A model generated the notes under the pieces. It was not told the origin of the DNA and did no database searches. It saw only the letters and a list, made by a program, of their open reading frames with translations. This document shows positions 53,009-63,610 of a stretch of DNA of 64,000 bases, piece by piece. Numbering within the stretch: position 1 is the first letter of the stretch; the number at the start of each line of letters is the position of its first letter. The stretch is from a virus. Both the position numbers and the translations under genes were made by a program. The stretch is from IMG/VR virus record IMGVR_UViG_3300028920_000054, positions 1-64,000 of that record. One strand, 5' to 3'.

Positions 53009-56000
53009 ATGGCAGGCGTAAGATTCAGCATTGATACATCTGGAGTTTCTACCGGGGCAAACAAGGCAGTTAAAGAGTTTGAACGGATAGGTGCGGCTGC
53101 ACTAAAAACTGAAACCCAAATAAAGAAATTAGAGGCATCAATGGGAATCAGTGGGGCTAAGATGCAGGGAGCTGCCAAACAGACCGATGCCGCAACAAAG
53201 GCTACAAAAAACTATGGGAATGCAGCCAACCTTGCTGCCACTAGTCAAGCAAAACTGGCTAAAGCCACACAGTCTTCACACGATAAATTAGTAACGTTCG
53301 TAAGGTCTGTAGCTTCTACTGCTGCAACGTTAATGATCTTAGATAGAGTTTTAACAAAAGTTGCAGCGGATATGAAAATAGGAATGGACTTTGAGCAGGA
53401 AATGGCACGAGTAAGGGGTGTCATGCGAGCTTCTGTGTCTGAATTTAATGCACTATCAAAAGCCGCTAGATTGGCAGGAGAATCGACGGTGTGGACTGCA
53501 TCTGAAGCAGCAAACGCACTAAGATATCTTGCCATGGCTGGATTTTCAGCGAAAGAATCTCTTTTGTCTCTAAGTGGTGTCTTGAACTTAGCGCTTATCG
53601 GAGAACTTGACCTTGGAAGGGCAACTGATATAGCGTCCGACTCTTTGCGTGCTATGAACCTTGAAGCGGACCAGATGAACAGAGTTGTTGATGTGTTCAC
53701 CGGAACCATAACAAGGTCTAATACAAACATCGAAATGATGGGCGATGCAATGAAGTTTGCAGCACCACTTGGTGCTCAATTAGGGTATACAATAGAACAA
53801 CTTTCGGCAATGATAGGAACGCTATCACAGTCTGGAATCAAGGCTGGAATCGCTGGGCGTGGCTTGCAGATGGCATTCATAAAAACTTCCGATGCGGCAA
53901 AAAAGCTTGGACTGTCTGTGGATGCAAACTTGATAGATGTTATAAAGGCTTTGGCACAGCAAGAGGTTTCGGCAACAGAAATATCCAAGATGTTTGGAGC
54001 ACGTGCATTAAAAACAGTTTTAGTGCTTAAGAGCAACATATTCCAATATGAAAGATTTGCCAATACACTCAAGCACGTTGGTGGGGAAAGCCAAGCATAC
54101 ATCGACCAATTGGATACCATGGAAGTTGCACTTACAAAACTTAATTCCATGATCGCATCCATAAAGATAGACATTTATATGCACTATCTTACTTCACTTA
54201 AAAATGCCACCAAAGACCTTACAAAGTTTCTAGGCGACAACCGAAAGACAATAGAATTGTCAATAATAGCAAGCTTTAAACTTGCCAAAATATTGGGCGA
54301 AGGTGGTGTGCTTTTTATCGCATACAAACTTTTAACCAAAACCGTTGGGACATCTTCTGTTGCCTTAAGATGGTGGAATGCTTCTCTTGCTGGAACTATT
54401 GCCATATCAAAGTACGCAGTAAAAAGTCTTTTTACGCTAAAGGGAGCGTTTCAGGGACTGTTTGCTTTCTTGGTCGGATGGGAAATAGGAAAATATCTTC
54501 GAGAAAACTTCTTAGAAGCACGGATAGCTGGAGTTGTAGCTGTTGACTTGATAATGAAGGCATGGATAAACCTTAAGTATGCAGTGTTGATATCTTGGGA
54601 GCTAATAAGCCATACCGTTAAGTCGGTAGCAGATTCGATGGTTGGATTTTTCAACAGTGCGATAGAAAAAATAAAATCAGCATTTGGAACAATGCTTGGT
54701 TGGATAGCGGATAAGGTTTCTTATGTTACCTTTATGGGAGATGCTGCTAAGTCATTAAAAGATGTAGCGGATGGATTAAAGGAAATTTATACCATAGAGG
54801 GTCACACAAAAAGCATGATATTCGACGACTCTAGCGCTATGGATAAAAATCAAAAAAGCATTAGAGAAACCGTTGATGCAATAAAAAAACTTACAGACGA
54901 AAGAAAGGTGGCCCTTTCTGAACATCAGAAAATTATCAATGCTATGGTTGATGAAACGGCAAAAGTCGATGTGCTTCAAAAGGCTGAAGTTAAACTTATG
55001 GCAACAATAGAAGACCACACAAAAGACCTTTGGGCGTTTAGGACAGAGCTTGTAGAAACCACAAAAGATTTGCTTAAATACCGTGATGCACTTACCTTAG
55101 AACAAAAAGAAAAACTTTACGAAAAATATGCAAAAGAATATCAAGCGCTTTATTATGGAGAAAAAGAATACAAGTTAATGATGCTTGATGAAGAGGCGGA
55201 AGCTGTCAAGGAAATGCTCAGCAAACAAATTACTAGCAAAAAAGCCTTTGCATTGGTTTCTGCCCAAATAGACGAACTTATATCTAGCAAGAAAAGATTA
55301 TTAATTATAGCAGACCTAACCCAAGCGGCAAGTTTCTATAAAGACTTAATAGGTTTTGAAGACACATATCACGATACAATGATGAAACTTATTGATGAAG
55401 AACAAAAAAGGAAAGCCGAACTATATAAAGATGATGTTGCTGCTGCAAAATGGGCAGCACAGGAAAAAGGAAAACTTGAACAAGACTTATTTGAAAAGAA
55501 AACTAAATATATAGCTGAAGGATTCGGAGAACTTGCTTCTGCATTTTCTGATATTGCTGGGCTTTATGATGATGGCTCTTCCGCAGCAAGGAGATGGCAA
55601 GAAGCGTCTAAAGTAATGGAAATGGCACAGAAGGCCGTTGCTGTTGTTAATGCAGTTGCGGCCATAGCCAATCAGGGATTGGGCGATCCATATACTGCGT
55701 TTGCTAGAATTGCGGCAATGACAGCGGCAATGGCTTCTTTACTTTCAACAATTGGCGAATCGGTAGGTGGCGGCGGTGGGGGTGGTAGTTTGTCAGCATC
55801 TTCTCTTACTGCAAGCACCGTTCTTGGTGCTGAAGCTGGTACGGGTAGTGAATCAACCACAAAATCATGGGAACTTCTTGAAGATACCTACAATATGGAA
55901 TACAGAGAATTGTCTGGTATTTATAATGAAATGAAGGATTTAAACAAAAATATCAGCGGTCTTGTAAGTAGCATATTTAGGACTGGAAGCCTAGATAACT

Positions 56001-58501
56001 TTCAAGTTTCATCATCTACTATTGGGAGTATGCAAGCTGCATGGGATAAGTTTAATAAGTTATCGTATCTTGGATTCGATAAGGTTCTTGATACACTGAC
56101 CTTTGGGTTTACATCATGGGCAAACAAGATCGTATCTAATTTTGTTGACAGCATCTTTGGTGGTGGTACAACCAAGAAGGTCACTGGTTCTGGCCTAGCA
56201 ACTAACGCAGCTACCATAGCATCTCTTCAGGGGGGTGGAGGAATCGGCGCTCAGCAATTTGTTGATATCAAGAAAACAACTGAAGGTGGGTGGTTCAGTT
56301 CCGACAAGACAGAAAGATATACAAGATATTATGAGCTTGACGAAGATGTTTCTCGCCTTTTAGACCAAGTCTTCCAAAACATTGGTTCTACTCTTATAGA
56401 ATTAACCACTTCGCTCGGTGCTGACATGGAAAACACGCTTAACTATGTCTTTGAAGGTGGAAAGCTTGACCTAAAGGGTTTGGATGCAGAAGGTGTAAAT
56501 AAAGCATTAACTGAATATTTTTCTGCAATTGGTGATACGGCAGCAGGAGCTTTGTTCGGCGACCTGATAAACGTTTACCAACAGGTTGGAGAAGGGTTGT
56601 TGGAAACGGCAACTAGACTTGTTGTTGATAAGGCTGTTGTTGTTGATACTTTGGGCATGATAGGGCAATCGTTCACCGGAACGATACCAGAAATAATAAG
56701 TTTTTCAGAATCCATTATAGGTATAGCTGGAGACCTTGAAACTTTTAGGGAAAGCGCTGAAACATATTATGACAAGTTCTTCACTGATTCCGAAAAACAA
56801 CTTCGTATTCAAGATCAATTGACTGCAACCTTCACCGATTTGGATATGGTTTTACCCACCACAAGAGATGGCTTCAGGGCTCTCGTAGAAGGTCTTGATT
56901 TAACCACAGAAAGTGGAAAAGAGGCTCTAGTTGTTTTGCTTTCAGCATCGGAAGCGGCTGATACTTATTATTCAACCATTGAAGATATTACATCTGCAAT
57001 GTTGTCTTCTACGGAAGATATTATTAGTGCGCATGAATTATCTGATTATGACTTGTTAATTAAAAACGCCACTGATTGGAGAGACACACAATTGGACGCA
57101 TGGGCTTCTATTGAAGGCTCTGTGGATGTTGACACCTATGTCGCTGGTATTGATAGAATTGATACTGCATTTGGTTATATGCTTGATGACATTGAGCAAG
57201 ACGTGATTACTACTGCTGCCAACCTGTCAAATTCGCTTGCATCTTCTATAGGTTCACTTAAATACGGACAGAGCTATGGATATGCCGAAACGCTTGCAGC
57301 AAACCTAGACAACATAGCTTCCATGACAGGTCTTCCGGTTGAATATCAGCAATACCTTGTTGAACAGGCTACAGAATACTACAATATGCAAATGGCGGCA
57401 CTTGCAGCATCACAGTCGGCAGCAAGCGCATCCCAAAGCACCGCAAACTATGCCAAGGATGCAGCCAAAACACAACTGGAAGCACTTAAAGAACTTGAAA
57501 AGACCATAGAAACGTGGAAGGATACATATGACGATATTGCCGCACAGGTCTTGGGTTATAAAACAACTACCGCAAATCCTCAGGATGCAATAGAACGATT
57601 AGGAATAGCAAAGGGCGCAATCACAGACCTTCTTGGCGGAATGACTGCTGCGGAATACGTTGCTTCGTTCGGGTCAGTTGAAGACCAAGCACAAGCTGCA
57701 AAAACACTTCAGGAACTTTATGACAACTATCTGTCATTGGCACAGGAAGCATACCAACGCCCATCCACAGAATATCAACAGATTTACGCTGAAGTCATAG
57801 GCGAATTAACAAGCATAATTGGCTACATGGAAGAATACGCAACCCTTGAGTGGGAAGTGGCTATCGACCAGCTTGACGCACTCAGGGAAATACGTGACGC
57901 AATCGAAGCCCTAGAACTCATAGTTAATGTTGATGGTGGAACCGGAGGAGGGGGCGGTGGTGGCGGTGGTGGTGGCGGTAGCGCCGAAATCGAAATGCCT
58001 GAATGGTTAATTGGGCAATGGGAAACAATCACGACAGCTTACCAAAACGCATTAAGAGCCGGTGAAGTTGGAAAGGTTTATGATGTTTCTGCACAGTGGG
58101 GGCCTGGCGCAACCGAAACCTTCTATCCCGGTAATATTATGAACCTCATAGCCCAAGGTGAATCAATGTGGTTCACTCCACAGGATAGTATTTGGGACAT
58201 ATTCAAAAAGTACCCAATAATAGCAGAGGGGTGGGAAAAGCAGTTTGGTGGTTATAAGTTAGGCACTAATTATGTACCTGAAACAGGACTCGCTTACGTA
58301 CATGAAGGTGAACAAATCATTCCTGCCGGATATGATTACCCTGAACTTGCTGTTGGTGGGGTAGAGGTAAACTTCAACATTACTATAAACGGAAACGATA
58401 AACCAAAGGAAGTCGCAAAAGAAGTCAGGGTTGAAGTCGAAAACTTCATGCGTTCTTCTTTGGGAAGAAAACTAACACAGCAAACGGCTAGGGGTCGCTA
58501 A
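53009..58501 (+). CDS. tail tape measure protein (TP901-like)
   Basis: FEQEM..V, A.EAA.AL.YLAMAG, NTNIE.MG.AMK..AP, GIKA..AG; C-terminal GTNYVP..GLA.VH.GE.IIPA. Confidence 0.95.
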   Translation: MAGVRFSIDTSGVSTGANKAVKEFERIGAAALKTETQIKKLEASMGISGAKMQGAAKQTDAATKATKNYGNAANLAATSQAKLAKATQSSHDKLVTFVRSVASTAATLMILDRVLTKVAADMKIGMDFEQEMARVRGVMRASVSEFNALSKAARLAGESTVWTASEAANALRYLAMAGFSAKESLLSLSGVLNLALIGELDLGRATDIASDSLRAMNLEADQMNRVVDVFTGTITRSNTNIEMMGDAMKFAAPLGAQLGYTIEQLSAMIGTLSQSGIKAGIAGRGLQMAFIKTSDAAKKLGLSVDANLIDVIKALAQQEVSATEISKMFGARALKTVLVLKSNIFQYERFANTLKHVGGESQAYIDQLDTMEVALTKLNSMIASIKIDIYMHYLTSLKNATKDLTKFLGDNRKTIELSIIASFKLAKILGEGGVLFIAYKLLTKTVGTSSVALRWWNASLAGTIAISKYAVKSLFTLKGAFQGLFAFLVGWEIGKYLRENFLEARIAGVVAVDLIMKAWINLKYAVLISWELISHTVKSVADSMVGFFNSAIEKIKSAFGTMLGWIADKVSYVTFMGDAAKSLKDVADGLKEIYTIEGHTKSMIFDDSSAMDKNQKSIRETVDAIKKLTDERKVALSEHQKIINAMVDETAKVDVLQKAEVKLMATIEDHTKDLWAFRTELVETTKDLLKYRDALTLEQKEKLYEKYAKEYQALYYGEKEYKLMMLDEEAEAVKEMLSKQITSKKAFALVSAQIDELISSKKRLLIIADLTQAASFYKDLIGFEDTYHDTMMKLIDEEQKRKAELYKDDVAAAKWAAQEKGKLEQDLFEKKTKYIAEGFGELASAFSDIAGLYDDGSSAARRWQEASKVMEMAQKAVAVVNAVAAIANQGLGDPYTAFARIAAMTAAMASLLSTIGESVGGGGGGGSLSASSLTASTVLGAEAGTGSESTTKSWELLEDTYNMEYRELSGIYNEMKDLNKNISGLVSSIFRTGSLDNFQVSSSTIGSMQAAWDKFNKLSYLGFDKVLDTLTFGFTSWANKIVSNFVDSIFGGGTTKKVTGSGLATNAATIASLQGGGGIGAQQFVDIKKTTEGGWFSSDKTERYTRYYELDEDVSRLLDQVFQNIGSTLIELTTSLGADMENTLNYVFEGGKLDLKGLDAEGVNKALTEYFSAIGDTAAGALFGDLINVYQQVGEGLLETATRLVVDKAVVVDTLGMIGQSFTGTIPEIISFSESIIGIAGDLETFRESAETYYDKFFTDSEKQLRIQDQLTATFTDLDMVLPTTRDGFRALVEGLDLTTESGKEALVVLLSASEAADTYYSTIEDITSAMLSSTEDIISAHELSDYDLLIKNATDWRDTQLDAWASIEGSVDVDTYVAGIDRIDTAFGYMLDDIEQDVITTAANLSNSLASSIGSLKYGQSYGYAETLAANLDNIASMTGLPVEYQQYLVEQATEYYNMQMAALAASQSAASASQSTANYAKDAAKTQLEALKELEKTIETWKDTYDDIAAQVLGYKTTTANPQDAIERLGIAKGAITDLLGGMTAAEYVASFGSVEDQAQAAKTLQELYDNYLSLAQEAYQRPSTEYQQIYAEVIGELTSIIGYMEEYATLEWEVAIDQLDALREIRDAIEALELIVNVDGGTGGGGGGGGGGGGSAEIEMPEWLIGQWETITTAYQNALRAGEVGKVYDVSAQWGPGATETFYPGNIMNLIAQGESMWFTPQDSIWDIFKKYPIIAEGWEKQFGGYKLGTNYVPETGLAYVHEGEQIIPAGYDYPELAVGGVEVNFNITINGNDKPKEVAKEVRVEVENFMRSSLGRKLTQQTARGR

Positions 58502-59307
58502 TGGCAATATTTACTTCAGGAGATATAATAACAGCATCTGCGGCAAGCATTACTGTACAATCAACCGCAACTGGTTTTGCCGCTGTTAATGTGATGAACC
58601 ACGCAAACCTTAAACGAAGGTGGCGTATGGATTCTGCAAGCATGTCTTCTATAAACCCTGTAATGTATATTGATATGGGTGTCGCAAAAACGGCTACCGC
58701 TGTTATATTAGACGATGTAAACTTTGATACGTGTTCTATATTAGGACACGCTTCAAGCCTTTCAACAGATTGGTCTGGTGCAACGTTTGCGACAACTGGA
58801 ATAACAATAAGTAAAGATGCTCAGGTGAACAGATATAAGGCATATATTCCCTTAGTGTCTTTTAATTATAGATTCTTGGCTATATGCGTTCCAGAAACGG
58901 CTACTGCGGTTGGCGACTATACAACAAAGTGGGAAATCGGAAGGGTTGGGATACTTGATTCAGGAAATGAAATGTCAACGAACATGAGTGAAGGATATGA
59001 ACGTGGTGCTGAACGAGCATACGAAGACCTTGAACTGAAGTCTGGACACGTTGAAAGGACAGAACGTGGGCCGATAAGGTGGGTGGGAACACTTATGTTT
59101 GGCAAGAGAAGCCTTACTTCTGAATCAGACCTTACGACACTTAACAATACAAATATATCAGATACCATAATTTTTTACGAAAACAACTGCATTACAACTG
59201 ACACATCAAAGGTGTATTTCTGTTTAAGGGACGACAACTATAAAGGAACATACACAATTCACGATATTATAACCGGAAGCTCGATAAGACTTAGAGAAAG
59301 AATATGA
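58501..59307 (+). CDS. distal tail (Dit-like) protein
   Basis: First gene after the TMP; beta-rich. Confidence 0.55.
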   Translation: MAIFTSGDIITASAASITVQSTATGFAAVNVMNHANLKRRWRMDSASMSSINPVMYIDMGVAKTATAVILDDVNFDTCSILGHASSLSTDWSGATFATTGITISKDAQVNRYKAYIPLVSFNYRFLAICVPETATAVGDYTTKWEIGRVGILDSGNEMSTNMSEGYERGAERAYEDLELKSGHVERTERGPIRWVGTLMFGKRSLTSESDLTTLNNTNISDTIIFYENNCITTDTSKVYFCLRDDNYKGTYTIHDIITGSSIRLRERI

Positions 59308-61595
59308 ATCTTTTCTGCGAAATACACAGAAGTTCCGACGTTATATATGTTGCCCTTGAGGGTGGAACGTTTGATGGCGTTGACTATCGTGGTGATATAA
59401 TAGAAGACATTGAAGTTTCTAAGTCCATACCTGATGTTTTTTATGGTGTTGAACGAACCGAATCAATAACAATCAGACTAGCTAATGTCGATAATGGTGT
59501 TGACCCAACGTGGGATGAAATTGCAGCAGAGGAAGACCTTAGAACCTGTTGGGTTGTTTTAAAAAGAGATTCAAAGCACATTGCTACTGGTAATATAACA
59601 AATTACACGCTTGGCATTGAAGCGTCAATAACCATTGAACCACGTGATGATGAAATATTTGAAACGCTTTTTCCAAAAGGAATTGTTACAACAGACGTTT
59701 TTACCGATACAGCGATAAATATAGGAGAAGCAATACCTATAAACTTCGGATACTGTCGCAATGTTCCATGCCCGAATATTCAAAACAATACTGCTGACGA
59801 TCACTATGACTATCTAGTTGGATATGGCGTTGTCGAAGGACTGTGGATAGATCACACAAACGGAATGGGTGTAAAATGGGAAGATGGGTCGCTTGCATCT
59901 TCAACGCTGTACACTTTTTATGATGGTTCACAAGCATCCCCATTCGCAGGATATGCCTTTATTCGATTTACAGGAGAACAGCGTGGTTTTTCTAATGAAT
60001 TTTTAACCATTTATGCCGATGTAAAAGGACTTGAACTTGGCGGTTCTATAGCCAATAGAAATTTTTCAGATATAATAAAGGCAATTGCAAGCAACTCAAC
60101 TTGGGGACTTGAAGAATCGGTAAACCTGTCTTCTTTTGCAACGGCAGCATCTTCGCTTTCTACCGACGCATGGATGTGTGACGTTTCGCTTCATAGACAA
60201 ACAAAGGTTAGGGATTCAATTGATGACATTCTATTTGCCTGCCATTCATGGTTGTCAAAAAACGATTCAGATGAATGGGAGCTTACAGTAGATGGAATAG
60301 GTTCATCCGTAGCTTCGTTTGGGGAAAATGACGGATATTACAACAACTGTGATGTTCTTTCGTATGGCGTAACACCCTCTAACTCAACAATAAAAACAGC
60401 ATATCTGAATTACGATAATGGAGAAAAGCAGATATCAATAGCAGTGAACTCTACGTTCGGCGTTGACAAGACCTTTGAAACTGAATGTATCAGTGAAGAC
60501 GTAACTGCAAAAAAATTACTTTCCTATATATATGGAAGGTCGATTTATGCTGATAAGAAAATATCAATATTATGTGGAACAGATGCAACTGACGTAGATT
60601 GTGGAAACGTAATTGGTTTAAGTATATTAGATCGTTCGATTACAGACACAACTTACCGTGTTATTGGAACAACAAAAAAAACCATTCAAACAACACTTAA
60701 CTGTGAAGCATACGATTCAAGAATTTTCGACAGCCAAACGATAGCAACGCCAACAGCACAAAGTTCATCAGCCTATGTCGGACTACACGAATTTACTGGA
60801 ACTGGTTCATTAACTACAAACATTTCAATCACTAACCTGACTGGGAACGGAATAAAAACATCGCTACAAGTTGGGGAAGGCTTCGTTTTTGGTGAGGTTG
60901 GATATGTAAAATCGGACGGCAAGATATGGAAAGCTTCTGGAATAGACGATGCAAAAATGCCCGGACGATATATGTCGTTAGCCACCATTGGAGCAGACGA
61001 TAGTGGGCTGTTCCTCTGGAGGGGGTTTGTAAAAAACAACGCTTGGTCGTGGACAAAAGGAAGTATATTAAAGCTTGGAACGGAGGGAGCCATAGCACAG
61101 CAATCAACGGGCCAAATTGTCGGAATAGCAATAACCGAAACAGAAATAGACTTTAATCCACAGTTTATGTTCATGCCGGATACTGCAAGATATATAGCCG
61201 TTCCAGAATTAACAGTATCTATTTCATCGCTTGCTTCTTCAAGTGCATCCGCTGTTTACGCAACACCAATGTCTGATACTATCGAAGTTTCAGTTCAAGC
61301 TTTTGCGTCAGTCGGGACTCCATCGTTAGTGGTTTATAATAAACTTTCACCCGTTACACTTACAATAGCATCTCCATGCGTGGCTACATATGCATCTCAC
61401 GGGTTATCGGAAGAACATGAAATTTTCTTTTCCACGTTAGGGACCCTACCAACTGGAATTGTAGAAGATACTCATTACTTTGTAAAAGATAAAACAGATA
61501 ACACATTTAATGTTTCGGCTACCGCTGGCGGTGCGGCAATAAATACATCAGGCAGTCAGGGTGGAACACATAGCCTGTTCTACAAAGCGCCTTAA
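59304..61595 (+). CDS. tail tip/hub protein with C-terminal accessory domains
   Basis: G..IP..FG...NVP hub motif; C-terminal HGL...G.LPTG....YFV...F.VS.T.GG.AI module. Confidence 0.65.
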   Translation: MNLFCEIHRSSDVIYVALEGGTFDGVDYRGDIIEDIEVSKSIPDVFYGVERTESITIRLANVDNGVDPTWDEIAAEEDLRTCWVVLKRDSKHIATGNITNYTLGIEASITIEPRDDEIFETLFPKGIVTTDVFTDTAINIGEAIPINFGYCRNVPCPNIQNNTADDHYDYLVGYGVVEGLWIDHTNGMGVKWEDGSLASSTLYTFYDGSQASPFAGYAFIRFTGEQRGFSNEFLTIYADVKGLELGGSIANRNFSDIIKAIASNSTWGLEESVNLSSFATAASSLSTDAWMCDVSLHRQTKVRDSIDDILFACHSWLSKNDSDEWELTVDGIGSSVASFGENDGYYNNCDVLSYGVTPSNSTIKTAYLNYDNGEKQISIAVNSTFGVDKTFETECISEDVTAKKLLSYIYGRSIYADKKISILCGTDATDVDCGNVIGLSILDRSITDTTYRVIGTTKKTIQTTLNCEAYDSRIFDSQTIATPTAQSSSAYVGLHEFTGTGSLTTNISITNLTGNGIKTSLQVGEGFVFGEVGYVKSDGKIWKASGIDDAKMPGRYMSLATIGADDSGLFLWRGFVKNNAWSWTKGSILKLGTEGAIAQQSTGQIVGIAITETEIDFNPQFMFMPDTARYIAVPELTVSISSLASSSASAVYATPMSDTIEVSVQAFASVGTPSLVVYNKLSPVTLTIASPCVATYASHGLSEEHEIFFSTLGTLPTGIVEDTHYFVKDKTDNTFNVSATAGGAAINTSGSQGGTHSLFYKAP

Positions 61596-61604
61596 GGAGA
61601 AACC

Positions 61605-62300
61605 ATGTTAGATTTAAAAGAAGAACAAAAATTTAAAAATCTTAAAGATATGTGTCTAGAACTTAGAGTGCCACCGCCACCAGATGTGTTTATCCGTATG
61701 CAGGTACATGATAAAAACGGGGCGCTGGTTTCGGACAACAAGGAAAGGGCGCACTCTTTTACACGAAACTTCTGGAACATGATGTTTGGAATGGCAGGGG
61801 ACTCTGGGGGGGATGGGGGCTCTACTTTTGGTGCAGGGTATATGTCAAAGAAAACCACAGGTGGAGTCGTTTTTGGTTCTGCTAGTGGGTATGTGGAACG
61901 AAATGACGGCCTTTATGCTAGCTTAGGAGACTCTAGTACTGGAATTGTAATAGGAACTGACGATACAGCCTTTAACATAGATCAATACGCTTTGGGGGCA
62001 CAAATTGTCAACGGGGTTTCCACTGGCCAAATGAGCCACCTAGCGAGCACTTCTATGGGTATTCCAAGTTATGCAGCAACTACATGGAAAAGTACCCTCG
62101 AAAGAGTTTTTAATAACAATTCAGGAGGGGCAATAGTAGTCAAAGAAACCGGGCTATATTGGGATGGAACCATGTGGGGGAGTGGAAGTCCACAGATGAT
62201 TGAGCGAAATGTGCTCGTTGCCACTTCTACCGTTGCTGATGCGGCACAATTAACCGTGACATATGAAATAAGCATGGACTTTTCTGTTCCTGACGCATAA
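61605..62300 (+). CDS. tail-associated structural protein
   Basis: GIVIGTDDTA....YAL, R.F.N.SG.AI.V.ETGL. Confidence 0.6.
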   Translation: MLDLKEEQKFKNLKDMCLELRVPPPPDVFIRMQVHDKNGALVSDNKERAHSFTRNFWNMMFGMAGDSGGDGGSTFGAGYMSKKTTGGVVFGSASGYVERNDGLYASLGDSSTGIVIGTDDTAFNIDQYALGAQIVNGVSTGQMSHLASTSMGIPSYAATTWKSTLERVFNNNSGGAIVVKETGLYWDGTMWGSGSPQMIERNVLVATSTVADAAQLTVTYEISMDFSVPDA

Positions 62301-62305
62301 AAGAC

Positions 62306-62334
62306 TTGACATTTCCAATAAAACATGATAGGCT
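62306..62334 (+). promoter_or_regulatory. sigma70 promoter
   Basis: TTGACA-17-TAGGCT with extended TG; shares AAAAGACTTGACATTT with the 5188 promoter. Confidence 0.6.
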
Positions 62335-62353
62335 AAATCAAAAAGGAAAAAAT

Positions 62354-63610
62354 ATGAAAAGGCTTATCACACCAATTTTATTTTTTGTTCTATCCACAGG
62401 ACTTGTTTTCGCAAACGACTATTCCGTTGAAACCAAAACCACTTCTGCAATCAACCACGTGATTCGTGAAGCAAGCAATAATGGTGGTGGTTCAGTGTGG
62501 CTATCGGGTGTTTATCAAAGCACAGAAAACATCGTAATGAGAAGCAATGTTACGCTCATTGGATATAATGCGAAGATAAACTGCGAACGAACTTCAGGTT
62601 CAGTAATTCAGGGGTCTAATGTAAAGAACGTTAAGATACTTGGAATTGAAATTGACGGTAACATGGAATGGCGTGGCGAATGGGACTGCAATAAGGATTA
62701 TTACGAAGGTCAGTACGTAAGCTATACCGCAGTAAGCGGAAAGGAAGATATCTATAGGGCATTAGCAGACAACCACAACAAGAATCCATCCACAGGTTAT
62801 TGGCAGAAGGGTTCTTCCATGAATGGAATTTTCATCTACGGCACTTCGGGAAGTTCCTTAATGGGTGACGTTCTGATAAGGGATGTAACTATAAAGAATA
62901 TACCAGCATACGGAATAGTGCTAAGGAATGGAACAAACGTAAGAATAGAAGACAGCGACTTTTCGTATTGTGGAAGTGCAAGTATTTGTTTTTTCAACGA
63001 AGTTCATAATGGAAAGGTAACGGGGAACAATTGTTTTCAGTCATATAAAGGTGGAATAAAGGGAAATAACGGTTCAGGAAACACAATATCATGCAACACC
63101 GTAAAGAACGATGAAATAACCACCTGCATAGCAGACGGAATAACCTACTATCCAAAAGGAAATAAGGATAATGTTATTTCTAATAACACAATAAGTTACA
63201 TTAATGACCACCACGGTATTCATGTTGGCGGTGATGGCGTTGTAGTAAGCGGAAACATTGTATCTCATTGCAACCGAAGCCATTGGGCCACCGTAAACAA
63301 CAAAAAGACCAAACCCTGTGGAATATACTTGGATACAAATAACGATTATACTCCGATAGAAAGTGCCACCATATTTGGCAATGTTATAAACAATGCGTTC
63401 TGTGATGGAATTAGACTTAATAACGGTAAAAACATAATTGGCTTTGGCAACGTAGTAACTAATTGTGAATATGGACTCAGGCTTTTTGATATACGTGGAG
63501 ATTCGTGCAGTGATGTGCGGTTTTTCTCAAACGATTTAGGTGGAAATTTACGTGGAAACGTCATTAATGGTTCAAGTGGAAGAAACGTGGAGATATACGA
63601 CAATGATTGA
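62354..63610 (+). CDS. secreted right-handed beta-helix (pectin lyase-like) protein
   Basis: Signal peptide MKRLIT...VFA; GGGSV.L, IDGN, repeated GI...N..I.NN rungs. Confidence 0.75.
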   Translation: MKRLITPILFFVLSTGLVFANDYSVETKTTSAINHVIREASNNGGGSVWLSGVYQSTENIVMRSNVTLIGYNAKINCERTSGSVIQGSNVKNVKILGIEIDGNMEWRGEWDCNKDYYEGQYVSYTAVSGKEDIYRALADNHNKNPSTGYWQKGSSMNGIFIYGTSGSSLMGDVLIRDVTIKNIPAYGIVLRNGTNVRIEDSDFSYCGSASICFFNEVHNGKVTGNNCFQSYKGGIKGNNGSGNTISCNTVKNDEITTCIADGITYYPKGNKDNVISNNTISYINDHHGIHVGGDGVVVSGNIVSHCNRSHWATVNNKKTKPCGIYLDTNNDYTPIESATIFGNVINNAFCDGIRLNNGKNIIGFGNVVTNCEYGLRLFDIRGDSCSDVRFFSNDLGGNLRGNVINGSSGRNVEIYDND

